Below are positions 14,811 to 28,435 of a DNA stretch of 64,000 bases, piece after piece (the first letter of the stretch is position 1; every line of letters begins with the position of its first letter). Below the pieces are notes generated by a model. It saw only the letters and a program-made list of their open reading frames with translations, made no database searches and had not been told where the DNA came from. A program made the position numbers and the translations under genes. The stretch is from the human T2T-CHM13v2.0 reference genome, Homo sapiens. The stretch lies in NCBI RefSeq assembly GCF_009914755.1, contig NC_060938.1; one strand, written 5' to 3'.

Positions 14811-16131
14811 TAAGCTAGTATCTGGGCCCAGGCTGCACTTACAGCCATGTGTCACCATCAAACCAAACATATGGTGGCTTTAAAGCAGCTTCTTATCAAA
14901 ACAAACACTTCCACTGAGCCCCACTAAATTCCTGCTTTTAGGCTGGGAGGGCCTTTTGTTCTCAGATCACTGGCAGAGTAGCAGAGGTGGATGAAACATG
15001 CTATCTCTCCAGGTTCTTTGTGGTCTCTCCCCATAACTCACCTGGAGAGTGGCCCTGACACTGCAAAATGACCTTGGCCATAGCAATAGTAGACCCAAGT
15101 GGAGTGCTGTCCCTCACTCTTCACTAGTTATATCACGTTGTTCAGTTCTGGCGTAGCACATCGGGCAGTTCTTGCTCCTGCCTTTTGATCACGCACAAAC
15201 ACTTCCCCAAGACTGAACCCCTCCTCAAATTTCATTTCTCCCCACCTCAATAGAACTCGTAAAGCACTATTTGGTAATGTCGGTTTTCCAGGCTGTTTCT
15301 GGAAAGATGGAGAAGAGAATATATCAAACGCTGCACTACACAACACTTCATCAAAATCTCCACCTTAGTTGTCTCCTTCTCTCTTGTCCTCCCTGCCTCC
15401 CACCAGTTTTTCTCTTGATCTCTTTCCTCCTCTGATTATGTAGAATAATTTAGGTGTCCTCCCCCCTTCCAATTTGCATCCACCCACCTGAATCAATTTA
15501 ACACCCCCATCTTCCTTCAGCAACTAGGGGATCTTCTTTGGGATCCTTCCTCCTTAGACATTAGGAGAGGATTGTAAAAATATATCCTTTCCCATCCCCA
15601 CTCCACCTTGACACCAACTCCAACAGTGGGAGCAAAGAGGTTCTCTTTAGGGGAGAATATTTGCCTTTATGGAGCATGTGATCCACCCCTCTGTGATCCC
15701 CTTCTTTCTCCAAGCAAAATGAGACAGGCACAGCTGGGAGATAGAAATCTCCCTTCTATGTGGGGCTTATGAGGTTGACATGCATCCCCATCTTTCCTGT
15801 AGGAGAATGCACTTGCCCATGCAATATGGATACTTGGAGCCTTTGGGTCAGGGCAGGGGAGTGAGAGAGAGAGAGGTGGGGAGGTGGAGGGTTCACTTAG
15901 AGTGGAGTCTTCAAATGCTTTGAGAGGCTTAGAGCCACCCAAAGCTATGTCTCCCTCATCACCCTCGGGTTCACACTACCCCCGTACATAGACCCTCTCC
16001 TCAGCCACCCTCACTGGGGTTCTTGGCATGGCAGCCTGCCCCCCATGTTGAGTTATCCCAACAGCCACAAAGTGTTTAGAGCTTCTTCTGAGTCTCCTGC
16101 AGCAGCACAGAGTTTCATGACACAGCATGGA

Positions 16132-16142
16132 ATGACTCAGCA
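16132..16142 (+). promoter_or_regulatory. Consensus ARE / NF-E2 / AP-1 site, overlapping a TEAD-type GGAATG
   Basis: catggaATGACTCAGCAaag is an exact match to RTGACTCAGCA; motif only. Confidence 0.5.
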
Positions 16143-16257
16143 AAGTCAAATGAGGGCAGAGAAGACAATCAGAGGGAATTACAACACTTTGAGTAGAATG
16201 ATGAGAAAAGGCCCTTATTAAAGAGCACGCACGAAGTTCAGACTGCCAAACACTGTA

Positions 16258-16271
16258 GTGCCATCTGCCGG
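16258..16271 (-). promoter_or_regulatory. Candidate CTCF core motif
   Basis: Reverse strand reads CCGGCAGATGGCAC, matching CCRSYAGRKGGCRS at all positions; occupancy unknown. Confidence 0.6.
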
Positions 16272-17694
16272 CTGAGGGCCCTCTTGCATAGGCCCCCATT
16301 CTTGAAGCTATTCTCCACGCCCCGAGCCATGGCCAGGATCTCTGAGACCACTGGAGATACTTTCGCTGTCTGTGTGACCTAGATTTCAAAAGAGGTCGTT
16401 CTATGAGTCTGTCATGCTCTAATGGAACCTCTCTCTGTCCTTGAGGAACTTGGATGATCTAAAACTCAGAGGGATCTAAAACTGTTGAAAGGCATTGAAG
16501 GTGTTGAAATGAAAGAAAGAAAATATACTAAACCTAGCAGCTAAAATATGTCCTTTGGATGTTTTGTATGTGCCTAAAATTCTTCAAGATACCATAAAAT
16601 GGTCACCAACTACACTATTAATGTCATTGTGTAAATGATCATTGTCCTTCTCATGCCCCTAATTGTTAAAGACCACCAGCTGCAATCCAGCTCCTTGGTG
16701 GACAGGCATAACCGCGGACTTTGGATTACATCCCCTCTATTTCTTCTGCCCTATATTTATAGACATAAGTGATCCTTAAATTTGCTAATGAAGATGGATC
16801 CTAGTTTCAGTGAGATCAACGTTGCTGGCTGATTATTTATCAATACATTTTAACCAGGAATTGCTTCCAGAATCATAAAGGCAGCAGAAATCCAGGCATG
16901 TATTTGGAATTTGTCTTTAAATTCTAATACCTTTGTCTAAAGACTTTACTGCTACATCCATTTCTCTACTAGATGAGCAAAATACTTTTCCCTGGACACT
17001 AAGGTTAACTTCTGCTTTTTCATCTCCTAGAAGTGTTAGCCATTTGGACCTTTGTTTAACAGCTTCTTTGAAGCGTTATGCTCTGACAGCTTGCCTGATG
17101 GATGGAGCTGTCAGCATATCCCCAGTCCAGAGATGAGGAGGACATTACCTCACCTACCCACTCTATAAATCAGATGAATAAAAATTAGTACCAAGCTAGG
17201 CCCAGGGATCCTTTCTCATTTTAGTACTCTTTGTAGATTATAATCTTCAGAATGTGCTTCAGGAAAAAAAAAAAAAAGAAAAAGACTTTAATGTTGCTTT
17301 GCTCTAAAGAATTAGCATTGATTTACTCTACAAAATAACTGCTCATGGCTAAGATATTTGAAAAAATTAGTACTATGTGCACAAACCTGTCCTCTGTGAC
17401 CTGCAATCATAACTTTAGGGGTTGGAGGTCTGATCTGAAGTGCAGAGAGGGAGATATTAGCAGAAATGTCAATACCCAAGGGGGACTGGGCAGAGTGGGC
17501 AGGGCAGAGATGAGATGCCAAAGTGAGGCAACCAGAGGCACTCAGGAGAGGTATCAAGGAGAAAAGAAAGCCTTTCCTCACCCATCAGAGACAATTACTT
17601 CTGTGGTTTCCAGGACGTTTCTTTACAGATCTACCTACATCTTTACATGTCGGTTTTCCCTGGTAGCCCCTGAACCCCTTGACGTTAGGAACTG

Positions 17695-17780
17695 AGACTC
17701 ATTCATCTTTGTGTCCCCAGGTTCCCAGCCCTAGGTCCCATGGCCGGCATTCAGTGTAAGATCTATGAGTGAATGAATGG
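17695..17780 (+). mobile_element. L2 3'-end fragment
   Basis: tcattcatctttgtgtcccca...gagtgaatgaatgg. Confidence 0.55.
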
Positions 17781-19109
17781 GATCAGGTACTTTAGCAAAA
17801 TAACTAGGGTAACTCTGGATGAGAAGAGAACGACATAGTCTGGCAGAGGTATGTAGAAAAAAAATACCCAGAGTATGAATATGTAAAAAGGAATTGTGGG
17901 AAGTAAACGGCAGCAATAAACATGTGATCTCATACTTCATTCTTAGCTGAGAAAACAGAATTCTTACGCTGCAGACACATGATGCTGTGTTATAGACCTC
18001 AAGTTCTTCACTGGGGAAGAAATCAGCAGTTAGACTGTGTGTTTTCCTAGGTCACCACTTTGCCCTGCTCCAAGTTGACACAGAACTGGTATTCGCTCCC
18101 ATTTCCCTGATGACCGTTGTGTCTCCCTTGGGACTTGGGGTAGTTTTAAATCAACCATGGAGTGGTTTCCAGTTCTGGCCCCACCGTGTTCATGTTACTG
18201 AAGTTTCAGGGTTTCAGCTTTCACCATCTGTAAAATTTAAATGGCAACACTATGCCTTGGCTGCTAAGCAGGACTAGAATAAAAAGTAAGATGTTGTCAG
18301 GAAAGCCTGTAAGGCGTTTGCATGGCACAGGGGTAAAAATAGCCAAAAGGCAGATAAATGCAGTCAAATATTTTGTCATTTGCTTTGCCTTAAAATTTTC
18401 ACTACTCTTCATGAAAATGAAAAGATGTCCTTTTGCAGGGTGACAGCTGCTGTTGGTTGCAGGAAGCTGCTGTCTGCTACTGATAAACAAATGACAACTT
18501 CCCCTGAATGGGTCCATATATTGCCGGAAGCAGATTTATGATTAAATTTTTGCTGGCCTTTTTTTTTTTTTGACCACGGAAAAAGATTTGGCTGGAGTGA
18601 GTATATTTCCCTCTTGACCAAATCCTTTGGTGTTTTGAAAACTTTCCAAGTGAGAAAATGAACCCTTTTACCCAGCTTGAGTCAGATGCTCAAAACACAA
18701 GATAAAAATAGCTTCTTGGGAAGCTGTCACACTGCTTTGCTCTGCCCCCAGGATGGTTAACCCATTCACAGGGCCTTCAGCGCAGTGAGTGAGCTCCCCC
18801 GGCTTTTGTTAGAGATGGTCCTTCTCACTTTTCATTTAGGATGTCCTTGTTACGACCCATGTGAAGTCACCTGTGATTATGAACAGGAAACTTGAGGGTG
18901 AGCCAAATGTCAAAGAGCTCTTTCCAAACCATCTGCACTGAGGTGCTTTCCTTGTGGAAGGGATCAGTTTTTGGGCTTAACTCTTCCTATTTCTAATAGT
19001 AGTTTATGGTTTGACTTCTCTCTCCTAGACAATTTAATAAATCTGATTAATCATTATGTCAATTTTAATAAGAAAAATGGCATGGTTGATATTAAAAGTT
19101 AACAGTCAA

Positions 19110-19315
19110 TGAATATATTTCAGGCACCTTATATGCATATATAAACATCATTCTATTTAGTCCTCATACAGGATTCATGAAATAGATGCTATCGGCAGTC
19201 TCTCCATTTTACAGATGGGGGAAGTGAGACTTGCCCAAAATCTCGTAGCTCAAAAACGACAGGCAAGAGATTAAACTCAGAGCTGTCTGTCCAGAGTCGG
19301 AGCGCTTAGCCAGTG
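19110..19315 (-). mobile_element. MIR fragment
   Basis: atttagtcctcata...ctccattttacagatgggggaagtgagacttgcccaa. Confidence 0.65.
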
Positions 19316-19334
19316 TGTCCTGCCAAGCGAGTGA

Positions 19335-19757
<423 letters not shown>

Positions 19758-20141
19758 TGAATGCCAAGGCCTTAACTGCAGGTTGCAATAAGTATGAGGT
19801 TCAGGTGGCCAACAGTCTAGCACCCAGTGGCAAGACTCATTACTGCCTTGAGGAATAACAGTCATTAAGACAAATGTAGGCCTGGGAGTCAGCATTGCTG
19901 GGTTGGCGTTAATCTTGTTTGTTTGGAAATCTGTAATGCATTTTGGATACCCATACAACATCTCTGGGGCTTAATTTCTTTTTGAAGTTGAGAACTGGGG
20001 GTAAATGAGGATTAATCATGTAACTTAATGGTCAGGAAATTTACAATCCAGTAAAGGAATTAAAGTGCCCGAATCTTGTTATGAGCCACAGGGTCATAAT
20101 GAACTGGGATGCAGGGTAATTTTTCTCAGGTATCTCCCAGT

Positions 20142-20185
20142 CTTATCTCTGCAAGAAGTCTACTTATCTCTGCAGAAGTCTACTT
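20142..20185 (+). repeat. Two-copy tandem duplication of a 20-21-nt unit
   Basis: cttatctctgcaagaagtcta followed by cttatctctgca-gaagtcta. Confidence 0.9.
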
Positions 20186-20747
20186 CTGGGGGTGTTCAGA
20201 AAGGCAAGGAGCCTTTTACATGTCAGGCCATCCAAGATTGAAGGCATGAGCTGCTTCACTTGGATGCAGGTGAATGGGTGTATGTGTGAAGGGGGCCTTT
20301 CCTCCAATTTGAGAAACAAGAGGTCAAGTGAACAGGACCTGGTGATTGGGGCTTCCACTGGGAAAGCAGCAAAAGTGCCGTTATCAGCCCTTGGCGAGTC
20401 ATTGTTTCCGCCCTTCAGGGTCCTAGGAATAAAAGCTCACATCACTGGGTTCATCTCAACTGACTTATTTAAAAATAAAAATTGAAAAACATGTGTTTAT
20501 CTGGTTATTATAGAAGTAATAGCATTACAAAATGAATTCACAAGGGACTGAAGTTTACAATATGAAAAACAAGGCTTCCTCCACCTTGTTCTATCCCTGG
20601 GCCCGCTAGTGCTGCTGCCCAGGGCAGTTACTTAAAGACTCGATCTTTACCTCACCTCTGCCCAGCCCTGAGCTCCCTCTTTAATATTCCAGATTCTGGT
20701 TCTTCCAGTGGTTTCCTCCATGTCTGCAAATATTAAGTGTATGCTGC

Positions 20748-21132
20748 TGGTATGGTTTGGCTGTGTATCCCCACCCAAATCTCATCTGGAATTGTAATAC
20801 CCACATGTTGAGGAAGGGACCTGTAATCCCCATGTGTCAAGGGAGAGAGGTGATTGGACCACGGGGGCAGTTTCCCCCATGCTCTTCTTTTGATAGTGAG
20901 TTCTCACGAGATCTGATGGTTTTATAAGCGTCTGGCATTTCCCCTGCTTGCAGTTCTCTCTCCTGATACCATGTGGAGAAGATCCTTACTTCCTCTTCAC
21001 CTTCCACCATGATTGTGAGTTTCCTGAGGCCTTCCCAGCCATGCGGAACCGTGAGTCAATTAAACATCTTTCCTTTATAAATTACACAGCCTTGGGTATT
21101 TCTTTACAGCAGTGTGAAAATGGACTAATACA
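20748..21132 (+). mobile_element. THE1D/MSTA-like solo LTR
   Basis: tggtatggtttggctgtg...ggactaataca; perfect TSD gctgc at 20743-20747 and 21133-21137. Confidence 0.9.
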
Positions 21133-21633
21133 GCTGCTGACTCTTCCTCCTATGACAGATGAGTTCTTAGTTCACTTACATTACTCCCTTTCTTTCTCAC
21201 AACACAGTTACATTGCTCTTGTAAAGTCCTCTCTATGTTACTTTTTTCACTACAAATAATATGACTAAACTTCTTATTTTTAATCCTATTAGTGATAGGT
21301 AAATTATCTTGTCTCCTCGCTTTATAATATGAAGATAGAGTGCAGTTGCAATATGTGTGCACTTAGCTCATACGTATTAGCTAACTTCATCTGGCCAGAA
21401 AAGAAGAAAGTGGGTATGAGGAAGAAGTGAGAGAGAAAACGGGGGCAGGAGGAAGACAGGCCGAGGGGGTGTGGGGGAGGCAGAACTCTTAAATAGTGTG
21501 AATGATGATTTCAGCTGCACCTGCATTTTGCCCAATAAGTGAGCTGGGATGGGAGGTATGATCAGTGCTCATTTGGTCTCATTCACCACCACCACCCTGC
21601 CTCATATTTGTGAGTATCTCCCTCAAATTAGTA

Positions 21634-21887
21634 CAGGTTGAGCATCCCTAATCTGAAAATCCAAAATCCAAAATGCTTCAAAAATCCAAAACTTTTTGAA
21701 AATGCTTATCAGTAGCATATAAATTCAGAGTCAGAGATGATGGTGATGCTAAATACCAGATTTTCCACATGGGTGGCTGAGATAGTGACACCTTTGCTTT
21801 CTGATGGTTCAACGTACACAAACGTTGTTTCATACACAAAATTATTTAAAATATTATATAAAATTAAATGTAAGCTATGTGTATAAG

Positions 21888-21934
<47 letters not shown>

Positions 21935-22070
21935 TTTAGACTTGGGTCCCATCCCCAAGATATCTTCATTATGTATATAATATATGCAAATATTCCAAAT
22001 TCCAAAAAAAAAATAAAAAATCTGAAACTCAAGTGTTCCCAGGCTTTTTGGATAAGGGACACTCGACCAG
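21634..22070. mobile_element. Tigger4b/MER46B-like Tc-mariner MITE containing a (TG)n run at ~21890-21935
   Basis: TIRs caggttgagcatccctaatc and gataagggacactcgaccag; TA on both sides (21632-21633, 22071-22072). Confidence 0.8.
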
Positions 22071-22072
22071 TA

Positions 22073-22207
22073 TCACCTGAAAACTTAAGCAAATTCTTGG
22101 GCCCCACCCCGGACCCACTGAACCAGAAACTCTGGGGTGAGACCAGCAATCCGATTGAACAAGCCCTCCAGGTGATTCTGATGCAAGCTTAAGTCTGAGA
22201 ACAACTG
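22073..22207. mobile_element. MER5A fragment
   Basis: tcacctg...ttcttgggccccaccc...cagaaactctggggtga...aacaagccctccaggtgattctgatgc...tgagaacaactg. Confidence 0.75.
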
Positions 22208-22429
22208 TTCTGAATTAAGTGTAATTCTAATGTTTATAGAAAAGTTATTTTTCATGCAATATAACCCCGAAACCCAAGCTGATTATGTCCACTGATTACT
22301 GATTTCATTTGGTAGGGAGGAAACAGTAATCTTGGTAACACTTTTTGTTCTGAAGCCATAGTTGTCTTTCACACTTTCTCCATAGGTTCATTTTTAAAAA
22401 ATGAAAACGAGTTAAAAGTATTTACAGTT

Positions 22430-22739
<310 letters not shown>

Positions 22740-23730
22740 TTATGTTATATAAATTTTTCCATTAGAGCCAAGAAGAAATGATTACATTTTTTTCTCTCTG
22801 ACTCCAATGTCATGACTTAAAAGGAAAGTTGATTTAAAAATAAAATTGATTTTTCTTTCTTACAGTTTACCAGTTGGTCACCATCCATCATGTCATAGCA
22901 ACCTTTGCTTCGTAATTGAACCATACCTTTCTTATAGGTGGCTATTGTCTTGTTCGGGAGTTTCCTATTACCTTCTTTTTCAGTTGCTGGAAAAAGAATA
23001 ATATTCACTCATCATTGTATTTCTGTTATCTTCCAGCTTCTTCTTCTTTGGGCTCTCTCTTGCTTGGAATCAATTTTATTTTTTCTGAAGCTCACTGACT
23101 TCCAGGTTACTTTCATTTGGGCCATAATTCGTATCACCTTTAATGTATCCTAAAACCTTTAAATGCTTTTTCTTTTTTTTTTTTTTTTCCTTATCATCCC
23201 TATTCCTCTATTCTGTGCCCTTTTCACAGTATAAGGGACTTCCAATTTCTTTGTAATCGTATATAGTTCACGGAATCCCTTCCTCCCCCCAATGCTAGTC
23301 CTCTCCCTCTAGAACATTACCTGTTCTGGCTGCTCCCCAAAGCCACCTGCCCAGCTCTTTCTTATCCTGGAACTTCTCTGAGCTACTTTCCTGAATTGAA
23401 GCCACTGTTTTCTGGATCCTATATCTACCTTTTTCTTGCTTTACATCCTTGTGTACTGGAGCATATCCTTAAATAACTCCCTAAAAAAAAATGATGATAC
23501 AAGAGAGGTATAGGAGGGTGAGTTTTCTGTATCTTTACATGTCTGAAAATATCTTTGTTCTGTCCTCAGGGTGAACTAAGAGTTTGACTATGTATAGCAT
23601 TATAGATTAAAAGCAAGATAAATTTATCTCAGACTTCTGAAGGAATTGCTCCATTGTCTATTAGTATTTAATGTTGCTGAAACTTACTTTTTCCATATTC
23701 TGTCCCACTACCCTTTAAGTTTAGGGTCTA

Positions 23731-24030
<300 letters not shown>

Positions 24031-24174
24031 AAGTTCAGGGTCTAGTTACTCTCCTTAATTTTTAAAATATTGCAGTGATGTATTTCAGTGATCTCCCTCC
24101 TTCTCCCAGCCTTGACTGACCTCCACTTATCTGGCCTGATATTGAGTAGGTTATTTTTGAAGATTTTGGTCTCT

Positions 24175-25260
24175 TTATTAGTTTCCTATTGCTGCTATAA
24201 CAACCTCAAATTTAATGGCTTAAGATAACACACATTTATTATCCTGCAGCTGTGGAAGTGAGAAGTCCAAAATGAGTCAACAGTGCTCCGTGTCTTCTTA
24301 AGGCTTTTTGGAAGAATCCATTTCATTGCTGTTTCTGGCTTCTAAAGGCTGCCTGCATTTCTCAGCTTGTGGCCCTTTCCTCCACCTTCAAAGCCAGCAG
24401 CATAGCCTCTTCAAGTCTCTCTCTTACCGACTCTGTTATCACATTGCCTTTTTTCTCTGACCTTTCTACTTCCTTCTTATAGAGACCCTTGTGATTAGAT
24501 TACTGGATAATCCAGGGTAATATCCCCATCTCAAGATCCTTGCTTAATCTTCTAAATCCCTTTACCATGTAAGGTAAATTATAGGGGTAAGGATGTGAAC
24601 TTTTTTGGGGAGCCATTATTCTGTCTAGCACAGTCAGTCTTTGGCCTCCTAAATTCATATCCAACCCACATGAAAAATACATACACCCCATCCTAATATC
24701 TTCAAAATTCTCAACCCATTACAGCATCAACTAAAAGTCTAAAATCAAGTCTCATCAGCCTAAAAGCCCCTCAATTTCATCTAAGTCATCTAAATCAGGT
24801 ATGAGTGAGACTCTGAGCATGACCCTTCTTGTGGCGAAGTTCATCTCCATCTGTGAACCTGTAAAACTCAAGAAACAAGTTATCTCTTCCCAAAATTAGT
24901 AGTGGGACAAGTATAGAATAACAGTTATAGACATTCTCATTTAAAAGGGAGAAAGGGGAAGGAAGAAATTACCTGTCCAAGCAATTTCAAAATCCAACAG
25001 GGCAAACTCCATTAGGTTTTAAGGCCTGCACATAATCCTATGGGGCTCCAGGTTCCACTTTCTGGACCCTCAGCTCCACCGTCTGAGTCATTCTTCCTTT
25101 TTCATAAAAGGGTAGTAGAGTTTGCAGCTGAGTAGTTTAATCATCCTGTTCCCTGCCTGTAGAATCCTGAGAATCTGACAACCTTCTTGCATTTCATCCT
25201 CTTTCTGCCCCCTTTCAGTGTAATCTGGTAGTGTTTCAGCTAGTATAAAATTCTCAAAAA
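24175..25260 (-). mobile_element. MLT1D-like LTR (~24175-24632) plus adjoining MaLR internal sequence
   Basis: tattagtttcctattgctgctataac...ggagccattattctgtctagcaca, followed by MaLR-int-like cccacatgaaaaatac...ctgtgaacctgtaaaact...gacattctcatt. Confidence 0.75.
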
Positions 25261-26329
25261 CCTTCAACTCAGGGAAATTTTTTTGCCTTAGTTTTTAAAA
25301 TAATTATCACTCCTAATTTTTTTCTGTTGCATCATTCTTAAACTCTCATTAATAGTGTTGAAGTTCCTAGATTAACATCATGTTTTCATGTTTTCCCTCA
25401 TATTTTACATTTCTTTGTATATTTACTATGTTCTGGGTGATATCCTTCTAAACTTTCTAATACACTGTTTTATTTTAGTAAGATATTCTTAATTTCTAAG
25501 AATATTTCTTATTCTATCATTGCTCCTTTTTCATAGCAGCATGTTCTTGTTTTATGGAGGCAGAATTCTCTCAACACTAAGAAGCGTACTAACTTGAATT
25601 TTCAAACTTTTTTCTGTATCTGATAGGATCTCTTTTCTTCAGAATAAATGTTCTGCCTTTTACAAATCTTAATATTTCCTGTTAATCCATGTTCTTGGTT
25701 TTCCTCAAATGTCTAATAATCTTTGTTAACTGTTCACATTTATGTGCGAAGGGCAATGTTAGGATATAGGGATCCTCTCTTTATCTGTTCTCTGGCTTCT
25801 CACGCAAGTCACTGGGCTGACTCTGGCTTCCATGGAAGTGAAGAGATTGTGTCAATGTATGGCCTTCTTTTAGGGGGCATAAGTAGAGAACACCTCCACA
25901 ATTGCCAGGATAAAGCATATTTACTCTTGTGTTAGTGGTGTGGGAAGTTCTTCACTGTACTTCCCTCTAGGTAGTGCTTCCTTTCTTTTTCTTTCTCTGG
26001 AGTTCCCTCAAGATCTGCTCTGCTCCTTTCAGTGATCCCTTTCCAAGCAGAACTCCCATTCTATTTACTATTCCTTCCTGCAGGTCTTTATTTTGGCCAG
26101 GTGGGGAGGAGGAGGAGGAGGACAGATGCCAAGAAGTAGAAAGAACATTCCCTGACTTGGCTCTCCTAGTTCAGAGACTGCCAGGAGAATAACTCTCTTC
26201 CCTGCCAAGGCTTCTTTCTGTAAATATCCCAAATCTCTTCTCTGCAGCTCCAGTTTATCTATCTACCCGATTCCTGTTTTCTTTCTCCTCAGGAAATTCA
26301 TCAAAAATCTCTGAGTTGCTAATGGCATG

Positions 26330-26683
26330 TGTCTTAGTTTGTCTGGGCTACTGTAACAGAATACCATGGATGGGGTAATTTATAAACAGAAATTTATTTC
26401 TCACAGTTCTGGATCCTGAGAAGTCCAAGGCACAAGCAGACTCAATGTGTGGTGAATAGATGTTTATCAAAGATGCTGCCCTCTGTGTCTTCCCATAGTG
26501 GAAGGAGGCAGAAAGGGTGAACAGCTCCCTCATGCCTGTTTTATAAGGTGACCAATGCCATTCATGAGGGGTCTGCCCTCATGACTTAATCACCTCCTAA
26601 AGGCCCCAACTCTTAATACTGTCACATTGGGGATTAAGTTTCAACCTATGAATTTTGGGGAGACACATTCAGACCGTGGCAGC
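26330..26683 (-). mobile_element. MLT1A/MSTD-like solo LTR
   Basis: tgtcttagtttgtctgggctactgtaaca...taatcacctcctaaaggcccc...cacattcagaccgtggca. Confidence 0.8.
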
Positions 26684-26988
26684 ACACTGTTTTTAATACT
26701 ACCACAGCTTTTCTTTTCTGTTAAATTTTGCTACCTCTTTGATAGAATTTTGTGAAAGCAAGCAGTAACTCTATATGCTCAATTTTCCATCTTGAATTGG
26801 GAGATGTCACCTAAACTCTTAATGATCTTGGGGCTTTTAACATCTTAGATTGGGGGGAACATAGTTACACTTCTGACTTCAGAATCTTAGAAATATTTCC
26901 TACTTGAGACCTGACTATATGTAACTACTTATCAGGATAGGACCTTTTAGCCTGCTTCAATTGGAATAAGTATTTTTTTCTCCCTTTT

Positions 26989-27318
<330 letters not shown>

Positions 27319-27704
27319 TAGGTAGATGGAAGGTAAATACTTCCTCTTGCCCTGGGAATGTTTGAAGATGAAGCCCTCTTTGCCCTCAAAGAAAAAAAAA
27401 TCATTTTTTGTTTGTTTGTTTGCTTAACTGCTAAGAATTTATAAGAGATACATTTTGCCGGGTAATGGTATGTGGAGAGATAAAGATGGGATAAAACTTG
27501 GAATTGAGAAAAGCCTGGGGAAGATTGGGAGCAAAGGGAAAATGAGATGGCCTTGATACAGGGCCTTAGACATATAGGAATTAATGTTGAAAAAGTTGTT
27601 CAAGGAGGGAGAGATCCGGCTGCCCGAGGAGAACTGTGTGAGTAAGTTGCATTTAATGCACGAGGGATGCCATAGTTTCAGTAACATAACAACTATGTAA
27701 ATAA

Positions 27705-28435
27705 CCATATAAATATTGAGTGCTTACTATATTCCAGACACTGTGCTAAGTGTTTTACCCAAATAATCTCATATAATCCTTACAGCGAGTCAAGGAGGTA
27801 GGTGTCATGTGTGATATTGTCTGTTGCCATCTAGTATTCAGTCACATCTCTTTCCGTGCACATTCCTACATTGCTGGTGTTGGAAATCTGTTATAAAAAC
27901 TAGATTCCCTTAAAGCTGGAGTTCTGGATGCTACCTGTAAGAGGCAATGGCCCAAGATTTGGAAGATAAAAGTGAGGTCGTGGCTACATCCTTGCTAGCA
28001 AGTAAGGTCAGAGGAATGTGAGTGTTTGCTACAGAGAATTCCACAATACGGTGTTAGTCACCAGCTTTGTGGGAAGAAGAGGTAGCTGTGGCTGCAGCAA
28101 CAGCAGCTTCGGGGCCTATGGAATTCAGTAATGACGATATGCCATTGAAGTATATGGCCTATTGGTGGCTCCCCTGACTTGCACTACTCCAGTCTTTCCA
28201 ACAAGTTTTTAAACACCACTTCCCTGTATTAAATCCCTTTCTGCTTAAAATACCTAGAATGCTTATTTAGCCTTAAACTTACGTGTACTATTACCACCTC
28301 CAATTTATAGATGAAGCAAATAAGGCTCAAAGAGAATAAGTACCATGCCAAAAATGAACCAACTATTTAGTGGTGGAGCTGGATTTGAATCTAGGTTTAT
28401 TAGATTTTAAGTCCAGTGCACTTAACCACTATGCT
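27705..28435. mobile_element. MIR interrupted by an LTR33-like ERVL LTR (~27808-28275)
   Basis: MIR halves tattgagtgcttactat...taatccttacagc and ccaatttatagatgaagcaaa...cttaaccactatgc flank a piece ending ttccctgtattaaatccctttctgcttaaaatacctaga. Confidence 0.6.

Noticed and set aside
15976-16389. 137-aa minus-strand ORF
   Set aside because: Non-ATG start, no family resemblance; length is compatible with chance.
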